Source of the DNA: a virus | Lineage: Duplodnaviria > Heunggongvirae > Uroviricota > Caudoviricetes | Direction: 5' to 3' (one strand) | DNA length: 64,000 nucleotides | IMG/VR virus record: IMGVR_UViG_3300005512_000002 | Coordinates: 129,656-193,655 of that record | Part shown: positions 42,601 through 53,689 of the stretch, piece by piece | Position numbering within the stretch: position 1 is the stretch's first letter | Layout: the number at the start of each line of letters is the position of its first letter | Program-made: the position numbers and the translations under genes | Notes under the pieces: model-generated | Database searches by the model: none | What the model was told of the DNA's origin: nothing | Seen by the model: only the letters and a program-made list of their open reading frames with translations

Positions 42601-42906
42601 CGCCAGCGTCACGACCAGCGGGTGAACCAGGCCCTGGAAGTATTGCGCACCTACGCCCGCAAGCACCATCACCAGGAGGTGCTGCACCTGCTGGACGCCA
42701 TTCCCGAGCAGGTGGACCTGACCGCCCCGGCCACTGCCCGCAACAGTTTCGTGACCAACCCTGACGACCTCTTGGAGTGGGCCGACAAGGCTATTATGGC
42801 CAAGGGCAACAAAGCCTTCGAGAAAGGCGACTACGGCACCGCGAACCATTACTTCGAGCAGGCCAAGCTGCTGGAAGACGTGGCCTGCCAGATGCAAGAA
42901 TAAACC

Positions 42907-43338
42907 ATGAGCATCGCCGCACCCAAAAAGACACGCGACAACAAGACCAAGCTGGCCTTCGAGCAGTTCATGCGTGACCGGGCTGTGCCCTACGTCGAGG
43001 TGAACGAGGCCAAGCGAGCTTTGTCCGGCCCGCCCCGGCCCGGTCAGGCCATCTCGCAGACCCTGGGCGGTCTGGACTTCGTGGTGTACCTGGCGCACGG
43101 CCCCCACCTGCTGGTGTCCTGCCGCCGCCAGACCGACCAGAACAAGCAGGACATGGCCAAGTGGGGAGAAATCTTCGGCGGTAAAGACTTTCAGCCCTGC
43201 TTCGTGACCCACCGTCGCCGCGTCGGCTGGTCGTGCCACAGCCCCGCCGGCGAGGTGATGCTCCCCCTCTGGCCCGAGCCCCCGGAAGCCCCGGAAGCCC
43301 CGGAAGCCCCCTTGGGTGGCACCACAAGCATCGTGTAA
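42907..43338 (+). CDS. HYExAFE-family-like protein (degenerate)
   Basis: KLAFEQFMRDRAVPYVEVNEAKRAL...LDFVVY...LLV matches the family pattern as recalled from memory. Confidence 0.55.
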   Translation: MSIAAPKKTRDNKTKLAFEQFMRDRAVPYVEVNEAKRALSGPPRPGQAISQTLGGLDFVVYLAHGPHLLVSCRRQTDQNKQDMAKWGEIFGGKDFQPCFVTHRRRVGWSCHSPAGEVMLPLWPEPPEAPEAPEAPLGGTTSIV

Positions 43339-44247
43339 CGGCTGCGGCGAAGCCGCGCCAGAAAGCTCTACCATGACCATCAACCTCCAACCCGCAGCCA
43401 CAACCACACCGCCGCCGGTCAGCGATCAGCCCGCATGGGTACGCCTGACGCCCGTCGGTGGCCGCTACCAGGTGCCCGATGACCGGGGCCGCAAGTATTA
43501 CCTCGACGTGGACCCGACGGACTACCAGTTCGTGGTGGCCGGGGCGATCTACGGCACGCCAGGCAGCCGGTTCGACCACCCGCACGTGGCCGTGCTTCAC
43601 GACCTGGTCCACGAGTTCAAGCACTCCCGGCCCGACGGCCACAAGTGGTACACCAGCCGGCCGGGCACCGAGTTCCTGTTCGCCATCCCCCGCTATCGGG
43701 TCGAGATCCTGCTGGCCAAGGGGTACTCGTATATCAAGACCCGCATCGGTCGCGTAACCGCCGATTTCAACGTCAGTGGCGGTGGTGACGGCAGCGAGTG
43801 GTCCGACCATCTGCCCCCACTGGCCTGCATTCACGCGGACTGCTCGCGTGAGCAGCTTCTGAATCTGGCTTACGAAGCGGTGTCACCCTGGACCATCCCC
43901 GCCCCGCACAACCCCAAGTACCCGGACTGCTACCGTCACCATCTCGAACCGCTCAATCCCGAGGACGCGGCCCACTTCACCCGCCTGGCCTGCCAACAAG
44001 CCTACCAGGGCAAGCTGGAGCCCGGCCAGAAGCTATGGCTGGCCGATGGGTACAAGGTCGATGGCCAACAGGGTCCGTTCCCGGTGGTTGAGGGTGCGGC
44101 ACCCAAACGGCACTACCATCTGTGCCAGACACCCTGGGGTCTGACCAAGGCCAAGTACAATCAGATCGACTGGCTGCGCACCGCTCAGGGAAACGAGTTC
44201 GACCTGCCCCTGCCCCGCCACGTAAATCGCCTGCAGAAACCCACACC

Positions 44248-45045
44248 ATGACACCCATCCACGTCTACATCGAACCGCAGAACGAACAAACCGCCGCCGC
44301 CATGTGGCTGCACCTGGCCCAGGCCAGTGTCTCGTACTACTACATCGGCGCCGCCAGCATGGGTGTCAACGGCTTTGCCTTCAAGCCGCTGGATGCCGAC
44401 AACCGCACGGACCTGGTCAAGACCCTCACCGACTGGGGCACGCAGGCCGGCGTCACCGTCCGCATCGAGACCCCCAAAGCGGTCGGCAAGTACATCCGCA
44501 TCGAATACGACGACGATCCGCCCTGCCCGATGGACGACGACGGGCAGTGGACGTTGCACTCGTTCTGCTCGAAGCACAAGCACTACAAGGACCCCGACAC
44601 CTTGCTCCGGGACCCTTCCGGGGGTGAGGGGCTGCCTCTGGCCCTGCGCAACAAGCTCAAGGCCGGCACCGCGTTCTTCCTGAGCTATTTCGAGCACGGC
44701 CTGTGCAAATGGGGTCTGGCCGGCAGTATGGACAACACCCCGGACTTCCGGTGGGACGGCACGAGCATGGCCGGCCTGCTGGTGTGGGAGCATCCCACCA
44801 GCGACATGGGTGCCAAGACCTACGCCGACCGCCAGAAAGACGCCGCAGGCTTCCTGCGGGAGTACACCGCCTGGTGCAACGGTGAGGTGTACGGCTACGT
44901 GATCGAGGACGAAGACGGTGACACGCTGGACTCCTGCTTCGGCCACGTCGGCTCCGACGGACTGGAAGACCAGATCGCCGAACTGTTCGAGCAGTGGGGC
45001 CAGCTTGAGCCCAAAGGACATCTGGCCGAGACCTACGTCCCCTGA
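44248..45045 (+). CDS. conserved phage/mobile-element protein (YTAWCNGEVYGYVIED...DSCFG motif)
   Basis: The C-terminal motif is common in small-gene arrays of large phages; function unknown. Confidence 0.6.
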   Translation: MTPIHVYIEPQNEQTAAAMWLHLAQASVSYYYIGAASMGVNGFAFKPLDADNRTDLVKTLTDWGTQAGVTVRIETPKAVGKYIRIEYDDDPPCPMDDDGQWTLHSFCSKHKHYKDPDTLLRDPSGGEGLPLALRNKLKAGTAFFLSYFEHGLCKWGLAGSMDNTPDFRWDGTSMAGLLVWEHPTSDMGAKTYADRQKDAAGFLREYTAWCNGEVYGYVIEDEDGDTLDSCFGHVGSDGLEDQIAELFEQWGQLEPKGHLAETYVP

Positions 45046-45697
45046 CCCCCGGGATCTGACCCTCACCATGACCACCCACCAACGCCCCAACGTCAACATC
45101 GAGAGCGGCATTCCCTACGGCACGATCGACGCCCGCCACGTGCCCGGGCTGTTCGAGCAGATCCAGGCCAGCGGCACCAACGTCAGCTACCTGGCCTGGA
45201 AGCAAGGGCTCATCGAGGAACTGGCCAATATCCTGCACACCTACCACGACGGCAAGCGGGACCTGGCCGAGCAGGAACTGGCCGCCTGGCTGGGCGCCAA
45301 CTGGGACCAGACCATCGACAACGAGTTCGACAGCCGCACCCGCTGCAAGTCCAAGGCCAAGAAGATCCTGGCCGACTACGACGGCACCGAACAGACCGAG
45401 GACGACGACGCGGCGGGCATCTTCGAGGACCTGGAACTGGCCGAGCACTACGACGAGGACCAGGACACCTACACCTACCAGGAAGGCGAGGGCAAGAACC
45501 TGTGCCGGTACCAGCTTGGCTACCTGGGCGGGGCGCCCCTGATCTGGGTGATTCAGAGCCCGGTCACCACCACCTGCCGACGCTGCTCGCCCTGCGTGCC
45601 CAACGCCGGCAACCTGGACAGCCCCGACCCGGACGGTGGCATCACCTGCTACGATATCCCCCCGGACTGGAAGAATCAGGACGACGAGCATTAACCC

Positions 45698-46468
45698 ATG
45701 ACCCCACACATCAAACTCGACGACGACGTAAGAGATGTCCTGGAACGGTCCGCAATCACCGACACGCAGCTTGTGCTGCCCGATCAGCTTGAGCGCAAGC
45801 TGTACGAGCGGGTGAACAAGGTGATCGTGGCCGCCGGCGGCAAGTGGCTTCGCAAGGCCAAGGCCCATGTCTTCACCCGCGACCCGCGCCAGGTGCTGGG
45901 CCTGGCCCTGGCCAACGGCCAGATCACCGACACCAAGAAGCTGCACAACCAGTTCTTCACGCCGCCGGACCTGGCCGCCCGCATGTGCCAGATGGCCCTG
46001 GTCCGACCGGCCAAGATGGTGCTGGAACCGTCGGCGGGCGCCGGTGCCCTGGTTGACGCAGCCATCCAGGCTGGCGGGAAAGTCACTGCCATCGAGATCG
46101 ACCTGGATCTGGTGTCACGCGAACTGATCAAGTTCCCCATCGAGCACCTGGTGACGGTAGACTTCCTGGAACTGACCACCAAGCACCTGCCGGCGTTCGA
46201 CTGTGTGGTCATGAACCCGCCGTTCGCCAACAATGCGGACATCAAGCACGTCACCCACGCCTTCGAGTTCCTGCGACAGCACAGCTTTGGCCAGGGCCGA
46301 CTGGTGGCGGTGATGAGCCCGCACTTCACGTTCGCCGAGGACAAGCCCAGCAAGCAGTTCCGCAAGCTGGTCAACACCCACGGCGTCTACGAGAAGCTGC
46401 CCGAGGACACCTTCCGGGGGGCGGGCACCAGTGTCAACACCGTGCTGGTCACCCTGGAAAGAAACTGA
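45698..46468 (+). CDS. solitary SAM-dependent amino (N6-adenine) DNA methyltransferase
   Basis: Motifs FFTPPDLA, LEPSAGAG (motif I), VVMNPPF (motif IV) and FRGAGTSVNT. Confidence 0.9.
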   Translation: MTPHIKLDDDVRDVLERSAITDTQLVLPDQLERKLYERVNKVIVAAGGKWLRKAKAHVFTRDPRQVLGLALANGQITDTKKLHNQFFTPPDLAARMCQMALVRPAKMVLEPSAGAGALVDAAIQAGGKVTAIEIDLDLVSRELIKFPIEHLVTVDFLELTTKHLPAFDCVVMNPPFANNADIKHVTHAFEFLRQHSFGQGRLVAVMSPHFTFAEDKPSKQFRKLVNTHGVYEKLPEDTFRGAGTSVNTVLVTLERN

Positions 46469-47958
46469 ACCGAGCCACCCATGAAAGCCACCGTCACACT
46501 CACACTGAACGTCCCCGCCAAGACCAACGTCAAAGCGCTCAAGAAGGTCATCCGCATGATGTTCGATATCGGCAAATACGACGCGGTCCTGACACTGAAG
46601 GATCTACCCGAGCCGGATCGGGACAGCAACCCCGAGGCCCTGCTGGCCAGTGACCTCACCCTCAAGAAGGTCGATGTAAACTCGGACCTGACCGCCACCC
46701 CCCGGAAGCCCAAGTCATGAGTGAACCCATCAACACCGAGATCGAGATCGGCGGCAATCTGCCCGAAGCCCTGATTGTCCTTCTGGCCCAGGCCGCCGAG
46801 GCCGACGGGGCCAGTGGCGGCCCTGCCGGCGAGCCGGCCAAAGCCGAGAAACTGGCCCAGGACATCCGACTGCAAGACCCCCAGGCATCACTGACCCTGT
46901 ACGCCCTGAAAGCCGAGTACGGTGACCTGCCTGCGATCATCGAGTTCTGTCAGGAGCACCATCTGGCCTACCGCAAGCACGTAGAGGCCAAGGACCACTA
47001 CGAGGCCGACATCACCTGGTGGCAGCCGGGAATGCTGGAGCCTAAAACCGTCCAGGCCGACCAGAACCAGCACCCCTGCATCCGCGTGGCGGACGTGCGC
47101 GAGGTCATCGCCAAGGGCTCGAAACGGGACGTGATCAAACGCCTCACCGCCCTGCTCGACGAACACACACCCATCGAAGTCCCGCCGCTGACCCTCACGG
47201 AGTAACCCATGGCGATCGAGTTCAACAAGACACCGCGACCAGTTTCCAAGGACGCCAAACCGCAAGCGGCTTTCGGGGATTCCGGGGGTTCCGGGGGTTC
47301 CGGGGGTTGCGGGGGCGGGGGCAAGGGGCCGGCCGTGATCCAGATGGCCAGCGAGGATCAGATCGACGCGGCCATCGCCCGGCACGATCGCACCTGGCTG
47401 GCCAACCCCCAGTGGGGACCGCCCCAACGCCGACCGGACGACCCGCTGGTCCGCAGTATCTACTTCAAGCCGGGCGAAAACTTCCGGGGGCACGTGGTGG
47501 TCGAGGTGTGGCGGACCGCCGGCCCCGGCTGTGCGGACGCCGTGCTGCACTTGACACTGATAGCACCCGACGGAAACTGCTGGGGCCTGATCGGCCACGA
47601 GGCCGAACGCCTCAGCCGCGACCTGCGCGAGGGTCCCCGCCCCCGCCGCCGCCCCCGGAAGTCAAGCCCCCGGAAGCACCCCCAGAAGCAACCCCGGAAG
47701 ACCAACCCATGAAAGTCCAAATCCTCACCGTGATCGAGATCGACGTAGACCCGAAGACCAAGCCCAGCCAACTGGCCGACCACGCCCAGACCAAGCTGGA
47801 CGCCTTCCGCGAGGCGATCGGACCCAGCGAGAACTACGGCCTGTGCATCTTCCGGGCCACCGGCGACGATCTGGACCGGTTCCGGCACGATGAATGTATG
47901 GCCGTCGGGCCGCATGGTTTCATCCTGCCCCGACTGACTCCCGACTGAGCAACGAACC

Positions 47959-48816
47959 ATGACCACCCTGCACCAAGAAGCGCAAGCACAGTACGAGAAG
48001 CTGCTGGCCGTCGGCAAGCTCCTGGCCGAACGGCTCACGGGGATCACCGATCAGCCCTGGACCTGCCAGCCGCGCAAGACCGGCAACGGCGACTGCCCGC
48101 CCAACTGGCTGACCGTCAACGGACCCGACGAGCAGGTTATCGGCATCTCATTCGCCGACCGCGACGACTCGCGGCTGTGCTGCTCGGGCCACTACCCCAA
48201 CGACCCGGACGCCGGGGGTTTCAGTTGCCCGCCCAACTGGCTGACCGTCAACGGACCCGACGAGCAGGTTATCGGCATCTCATTCGCCGACCGCGACGAC
48301 TCGCGGCTGTGCTGCTCGGGCCACTACCCCAACGACCCGGACGCCGGGGGTTTCAGTGAGATCCGGCCCTGGGACTCGGAACGCCGCGAACTGGACAACC
48401 CCACCGACCGGATCACCGTGGCCGCCAGCAAGACCCCCGAGCAAATCGCCAGGGACATCGCCCACCGGCTACTGCCCGGCTACGTCAACCTGCTGGCCAA
48501 AGTCAAAGAGCGCCGCCGGCAGGTCGTCCAGTACCGCGACCGTCAGGCCGAAGCCGCCAAGCTGCTGCTGGCCGCCGCCGGCGACCTGACGGTCAACCCG
48601 TACCATCCCGAGAGTGGTGTCACCACCTTCGAGCAGCTTGACAAGCAGACACCCACCATCCACCTGTACACCCAGGCCAAGGCTGGCGGCTTCAACGGCG
48701 ACGTGAAGAACATCAACGGCAACAATTGTGACCTGGAGCTATGCGACGTGCCGCTGGACCTGGCCCAGTTCATACTCAAACTGCTGCGGGACACCAAGCG
48801 GAAAGCGAGCAAGTAA
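47959..48816 (+). CDS. hypothetical protein with an exact 44-aa internal duplication
   Basis: See the repeat at 48094-48357. Confidence 0.7.
   Translation: MTTLHQEAQAQYEKLLAVGKLLAERLTGITDQPWTCQPRKTGNGDCPPNWLTVNGPDEQVIGISFADRDDSRLCCSGHYPNDPDAGGFSCPPNWLTVNGPDEQVIGISFADRDDSRLCCSGHYPNDPDAGGFSEIRPWDSERRELDNPTDRITVAASKTPEQIARDIAHRLLPGYVNLLAKVKERRRQVVQYRDRQAEAAKLLLAAAGDLTVNPYHPESGVTTFEQLDKQTPTIHLYTQAKAGGFNGDVKNINGNNCDLELCDVPLDLAQFILKLLRDTKRKASK
48094..48357 (+). repeat. perfect 132-bp tandem duplication, in frame
   Basis: 48094-48225 is identical to 48226-48357. Confidence 0.95.
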
Positions 48817-48819
48817 CCC

Positions 48820-49188
48820 ATGCCCCCCCAAAAACCCCCGCATAACGGCCGCGGCGCAGCCGCCACCGGCCCCATCGTTCTGCCCGTCGAGCGGGTGGCC
48901 GTGCTGTCCACCGGCCACGTCACCAAGGAAGACTGCGAGAAGCTGGACCAGGACTTCCAGCGAAGCGAGCACGCCCTGATCGTCTACGTGAAAGACGAGT
49001 ATGGCTTCTGGGTGTACGTGCCCAGCGACCAGGCTGTATTCGCCGAGACCCACCAGAACGCCCAGCAAGCTGGATACAGCGAAGCCTTCCTGCACATCTT
49101 CACCCTGGCCCGCAACCAGGGCTGCATCTGGCTGATGCTGGACCGGGACGCCGAGCAGATCGACGGCCTGCCCCAGTTCGACTGGTAA
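48820..49188 (+). CDS. DUF5983-like protein
   Basis: LSTGHVT...YGFWVYV...LMLDRDA...LPQFDW pattern, recalled from memory. Confidence 0.6.
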   Translation: MPPQKPPHNGRGAAATGPIVLPVERVAVLSTGHVTKEDCEKLDQDFQRSEHALIVYVKDEYGFWVYVPSDQAVFAETHQNAQQAGYSEAFLHIFTLARNQGCIWLMLDRDAEQIDGLPQFDW

Positions 49189-49200
49189 CCCCGGCAAAGC

Positions 49201-49233
49201 ATTGCCGATTTGAGATTGCAGATTTGAGATTGG
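49201..49233 (+). repeat. AT-rich heptamer tandem repeat (GATTGCA/GATTTGA)
   Basis: ATTGCC GATTTGA GATTGCA GATTTGA GATTGG; intergenic. Confidence 0.8.
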
Positions 49234-49241
49234 AGTAACCC

Positions 49242-49559
49242 ATGCTGCTATGGCTCAAACATCACGGTGAGGACCAGCGCCGCTGCTTCTCGGACGTGAA
49301 CGACCTGGTGGACTATTTGCGGGACGAGACATTCACCGCCCCGCTTATCCGCCAGGACGCGACGGACAGCGTTTGCGGCTACCGCTTCGACGCCCCGTGG
49401 TTGGCCCAGGACCAGTTCCTGGTGCTCTACTGGGGCGATCAGCAAGGCGTGGCCGAAGCGGCCTTGAATGACCAGGAAGTGGCCGAGATCAACGGGGCCC
49501 TGGCCCAAGGCGTGGCCGACCCCCCGCCCCCGGAAGACACGGACCCCCCGGAAGCATAA
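49242..49559 (+). CDS. hypothetical protein, paralog A
   Basis: Shares M.LWL, LYWGD..G..EAAL.DQE.A.IN.AL with the next gene. Confidence 0.75.
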   Translation: MLLWLKHHGEDQRRCFSDVNDLVDYLRDETFTAPLIRQDATDSVCGYRFDAPWLAQDQFLVLYWGDQQGVAEAALNDQEVAEINGALAQGVADPPPPEDTDPPEA

Positions 49560-49562
49560 CCC

Positions 49563-49853
49563 ATGCAACTGTGGCTGCGCATCGGCGACAGTGACGACTA
49601 CGAGAGCTTCGACCAGGATTTAGACGCCCTGGCGGACACGCTGCGTGAGGCCCGCGTTGTGGGTCCGCTGGTGAGAAAAGGCGACGTGGCCGGCAACGAA
49701 TACCACTTCACCGCCGCCAACTACCAGTACCAGGGTCAGAATTACATCTCCCTGTACTGGGGCGACCCCAGAGGCACGCCCGAGGCGGCCCTGGATGATC
49801 AAGAACTGGCCCAGATCAACACCGCCCTGGACCTGGACCTGCCGGAACTCTAA
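49563..49853 (+). CDS. hypothetical protein, paralog B
   Basis: Shares the same motifs with the preceding gene. Confidence 0.75.
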   Translation: MQLWLRIGDSDDYESFDQDLDALADTLREARVVGPLVRKGDVAGNEYHFTAANYQYQGQNYISLYWGDPRGTPEAALDDQELAQINTALDLDLPEL

Positions 49854-51954
49854 CCCATGCCCCGCATCTGGATCTGCATCAACGCCACGCCCGAGAAGCC
49901 GGTTCCCGAGAACCCCGAGAACGACGCCCTGGACTTCTGCGCCAAGTGCTGGCCGCCGCACGAAGATGAACTGCTGGCCCTGGGCTATACCAGCTTCGTG
50001 ATCCAGCAGGCCCTGCCACCGCAGTCGGCACCCGAAGAAGCACGCGACCACCCGCCCTACGCCGAGACCAGCTACAAGTGCGAAGCCTGCGGCACCCCGC
50101 TGACCAACCAGGATGACTGACCCCATGAAAGTTGAAAACCGACCCACCGCATACGAAGTCTGGCATAACACCCAGTGCGAGCACTGCGGCGCGGACCTGA
50201 TGGAACTGCGCAGCATCCACGTGGACCTGTCCGACGGTGACAAGGTGTACGACACGGTGCACAGCCACGTCAACGCCGACGGCCAACTCGCCGACCCCAC
50301 GGATGACGAGGCCATCAACGAACAGGGCCACCACGCCGGCAGCAGGTGCGTCAACTGTGAGGAACTGCTCGAAGAACTCCAGCCCCCCACCCCGGAAGCT
50401 GAGAACGCCATGAGCCAAGCCAACCACCACCCCGAAAGCCCCGGCCCGCAGGATGAAGCTCCCGAGCCCCGCAAAGTCGAGTTCTTCCGGCTGCTGGAAG
50501 ACCACACCTGGGACACCTTCGTCGAGACCCTGCCGCCGGTCGGCGAGTTCACTAGCGACGACCCCACCTGGGACGACGTGTGCCAGGACGACTTCAACCG
50601 CTTCATGGACCAGTTCATCCACGAGAAGCTGATCGGCCAATGCCAGCACCGCAAGGCCGTCATGATGGGGGTCTACAACAGCGACCCGGAGCAGGAATAA
50701 AAAGCTCATGACCAACCCCTTCCCCTTCCAGATCGAGAGCATCGTCATCCCCGGTTTCAAGCTCCAGGCAGTAGTGGCCGCCCTGCTCGAAGCCTCCCAG
50801 TGGTTCGCCGTCATGCCCTTGCCCGACGAGGACTGGCAGATTTCCGTCAAGGTCGAGACACTGGACATGCTCAACGGCATCGTCCAGCACGTGACCGACC
50901 ACGGTACCCCGACCGAAGACCAGCCCGCGCCCGTCCGCATCGCCGTCGCCATCGAGGGCGGCCTGGTCCAGAGCATCTGCTCGGATCAGCACCAGTTGGC
51001 CGGCCAACTGGTGGACATCGCCATCGTGGACTATGATACCGACGGGGTTGAAGACGACGAAATCACCCTGGTCACCCAGGACAACGGCGACCAGGCCCGG
51101 GCCCGCGTCATCGGGTGGGGCATCGAACCGGCCGACATCAACCTGGACGAGGTATTCGGCTGAAATGGCCACCATCACCCCGAAGGTGAAGCCCATGCCC
51201 ATGTTCGACATGATGGTGAGACTGGTTCAAGCGTGGTTGCCCATGTGGAAGCATCTGCTCGATGCCTGCATGTGCTTCCACTGGCCGGTCATCGCCCACG
51301 AGGTGCTGCCCAAGCTGCAACCGGACGTGGACCTGGAACTGACCGAGTTCCGACTGCCCTACCCGGTGATCGCCGTCGAGGACCGGGGCGGGGTCACCGT
51401 GCTGGTGGACAAAACCTCGGGCCAGAAGGGCCTGCACACCCCCAGGCTCTACCTGGACTGCATCCCGCCGGCGGTGGCCCGCGACCCCCGGGCCTACGCC
51501 CAGGGCAGCTACGGCCCGCAGGAAGAAGCAGCCATGCTCCACAACCCGGTCTGCCAGTACCCGGTGGTCAACGTGGGCAGCATGGTCATCACCGGCTACC
51601 GCTATTCGGAAACCTCCGGAGAGCCATGCACCTGGATGATCGAGGGTACCATCGACCACTCCCTGGTCGGCACACCCGACCGGCTCATCATGCCACCCGA
51701 CTTTGTCCAGCGCTTCGACCAGTCCTTGCAGGACGCCACCGTGCTGACGGCCGTGCGTAACGCAGTGACCTGCATGGACAGCATCATGACCATTCCGACC
51801 CTGCCCGAGTTCGGCGTCCCGCCAGCCGGCGGTGACCCGGGCGGCTCCACTTCCGGGGGTTGGCCGCCCCCGGAACTTCACCCGCCTCCGCCGGGGCTCA
51901 GCCTGCTCAGTCACCAGCGACCCGTCTGGGAGATCCATCCGGTCACCGGACGGA

Positions 51955-52806
51955 TCACCCGCCGGCCCGCACGTCCGACGCCGACCGGGCAGATAGGTCC
52001 ACGGTCATGTTGAGGTTCATCCGCTGCTGCATCTCGACCATGATCTCGCCGGGCTCGGGCGGGGTCCCCTCCCGCAGGGCCGTCTGCACGTCATCCCAAC
52101 TGGCGTAGACCACCTCGGGGTCACCCATGCGGTAACGCTCGCCGGGTCCGGGCCGGCTGAATGGATACACCAGCCAGATGATCTCACTGTTGGCCTTGGA
52201 GTCCAACCGCCGGAACGTCGGCAGCGACGCGAAGAAGCTGGCGTCCACCGCCACGAAGAACTTCTGGCCCCAACGCCGGAAGACCGGCACCTTGAGACTA
52301 AGCTGGGGCATGAGTCTTTTCTGGGCGCTGGAACGGAAGTCGGGCCGCCGCTCGGAGCCGATCGGCACCACCCCCTGCTGCACATAGGTCTCGAAAGCAC
52401 CGCGCAACGACCGGCCCGAGAAGTACACGCTCTGCACCTCCAGGGCGGCGAAGTCGGCGATCTTCCCGGAACTGTCCCGATGGCCCACCATGTAATCGAC
52501 CTTGCCCACCCGACTGCCGCCGGCCACCTGCAAGATGCGGATCTCGGGAACCGCCACCACGTCCGAGCCGGGCCCGAACGCCAGATCGCCCACGTCCCGG
52601 AAGATGCGGTTGTCCTGCCGGAAGCGCATCGGACAGGTGACCGTCAGCGTGTTATCATGACGCAGACCGCAAATGCCCAAGGGATCGCTGGCCGATACCT
52701 TGGTACACGGCCCGCCCTGGAACGGACAGACCCCACACCCCTCGGTCGGCAGCAGACCCGCATCGACCGGAAAACCAAAGACCTCACCCATGACCATCAA
52801 CGCCAT
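51955..52806 (-). CDS. NotI-family restriction endonuclease
   Basis: EVFG..CPF..CTK...GIC...TCP.RF Cys4 domain; VDYM..DFAALEVQSVYFSG nuclease core; RPDFRSSAQKRLMPQL. Confidence 0.85.
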   Translation of the reverse strand: MALMVMGEVFGFPVDAGLLPTEGCGVCPFQGGPCTKVSASDPLGICGLRHDNTLTVTCPMRFRQDNRIFRDVGDLAFGPGSDVVAVPEIRILQVAGGSRVGKVDYMVGHRDSSGKIADFAALEVQSVYFSGRSLRGAFETYVQQGVVPIGSERRPDFRSSAQKRLMPQLSLKVPVFRRWGQKFFVAVDASFFASLPTFRRLDSKANSEIIWLVYPFSRPGPGERYRMGDPEVVYASWDDVQTALREGTPPEPGEIMVEMQQRMNLNMTVDLSARSASDVRAGG

Positions 52807-52840
52807 TTTAGAGCCCCCAAGCCATAAGAGGAACGCGAGT

Positions 52841-53689
52841 ATGCACGTCGTCAACGTCGCCAGTGTACCACAACGCAGCGTCTTCCGCTACCCCGGCGGC
52901 AAGACCTGGCTCGTGCCCCACTTCCGCCAGTGGATGGCCGGACTGGGCTTCAAGCCCAGGTTCCTGGTCGAGCCGTTCTGCGGCGGCGGGATCATCGGCC
53001 TGACGGCCCTGTTCGAGCGACTCACCACCCAGGGTGTGGTCCTGGGTGAGCTTGACCCGCACGTCAGTGCCGTGTGGCGGGTGCTGACCAACTACAGCCA
53101 GGCCACGTTCCTGGCCGTCGCGATCCTGGCCTACCCGATCAGCCGCGAGCGGGTGATCCAGGACCTCAAGCGTGAGCCGGTCGATATCGCACACCACGCT
53201 TTTCTCACCATCCTGCGCAACCGGGTACAGCGGGGTGGCATCATGAGCCCCGGTGCCAGCCTTATGCGTAACGGCGAGAACGGCAAGGGTGTGGCCAGTC
53301 GCTGGTATGCCAACACCCTGTACGAGCGGATTCTGGCCATCCGCGACCACGCGGCGGACTTGAGTTTTGTCGAGGGTGACGGCCTGGCCCTGATGCGGCG
53401 GCACCTCAAGCAGAAGCGCACCGCGTTCTTTGTTGATCCCCCCTACACCGCCGGCGGCAAGCGGGCCGGCAAGCGGCTGTACACGGTGAACAACGTGGAC
53501 CACGCCAAGCTGTTCGAGTTGGCCGCCCGGGCCGCCGGGCCGGTCATGATGACCTACGACGACGCCCCGGAAGTGCGGGCTCTGGCCCGCCGCTATAAGC
53601 TCACCGTCACCGAGATCCCCATGAAGTCCACCCACCACGCCAACATGGTCGAACTGGTCATCACCCATGCCGGGAGACTCACCCCATGA
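52841..53689 (+). CDS. Dam/D12-class N6-adenine DNA methyltransferase, likely cognate of the nuclease
   Basis: Motifs FRYPGGKTW, VEPFCGGG, FVDPPY and MMTYDD. Confidence 0.92.
   Translation: MHVVNVASVPQRSVFRYPGGKTWLVPHFRQWMAGLGFKPRFLVEPFCGGGIIGLTALFERLTTQGVVLGELDPHVSAVWRVLTNYSQATFLAVAILAYPISRERVIQDLKREPVDIAHHAFLTILRNRVQRGGIMSPGASLMRNGENGKGVASRWYANTLYERILAIRDHAADLSFVEGDGLALMRRHLKQKRTAFFVDPPYTAGGKRAGKRLYTVNNVDHAKLFELAARAAGPVMMTYDDAPEVRALARRYKLTVTEIPMKSTHHANMVELVITHAGRLTP

Noticed and set aside
43280-43356. GGAAG (-35) plus CGTAA (-10) as an ECF-type promoter joining the two dispersed motifs
   Set aside because: Spacing is inconsistent between copies, and the order is reversed at 60104-60148.
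48094-48357. Diversity-generating retroelement TR/VR pair
   Set aside because: The copies are identical (no adenine-specific mismatches) and no reverse transcriptase is present in the window.
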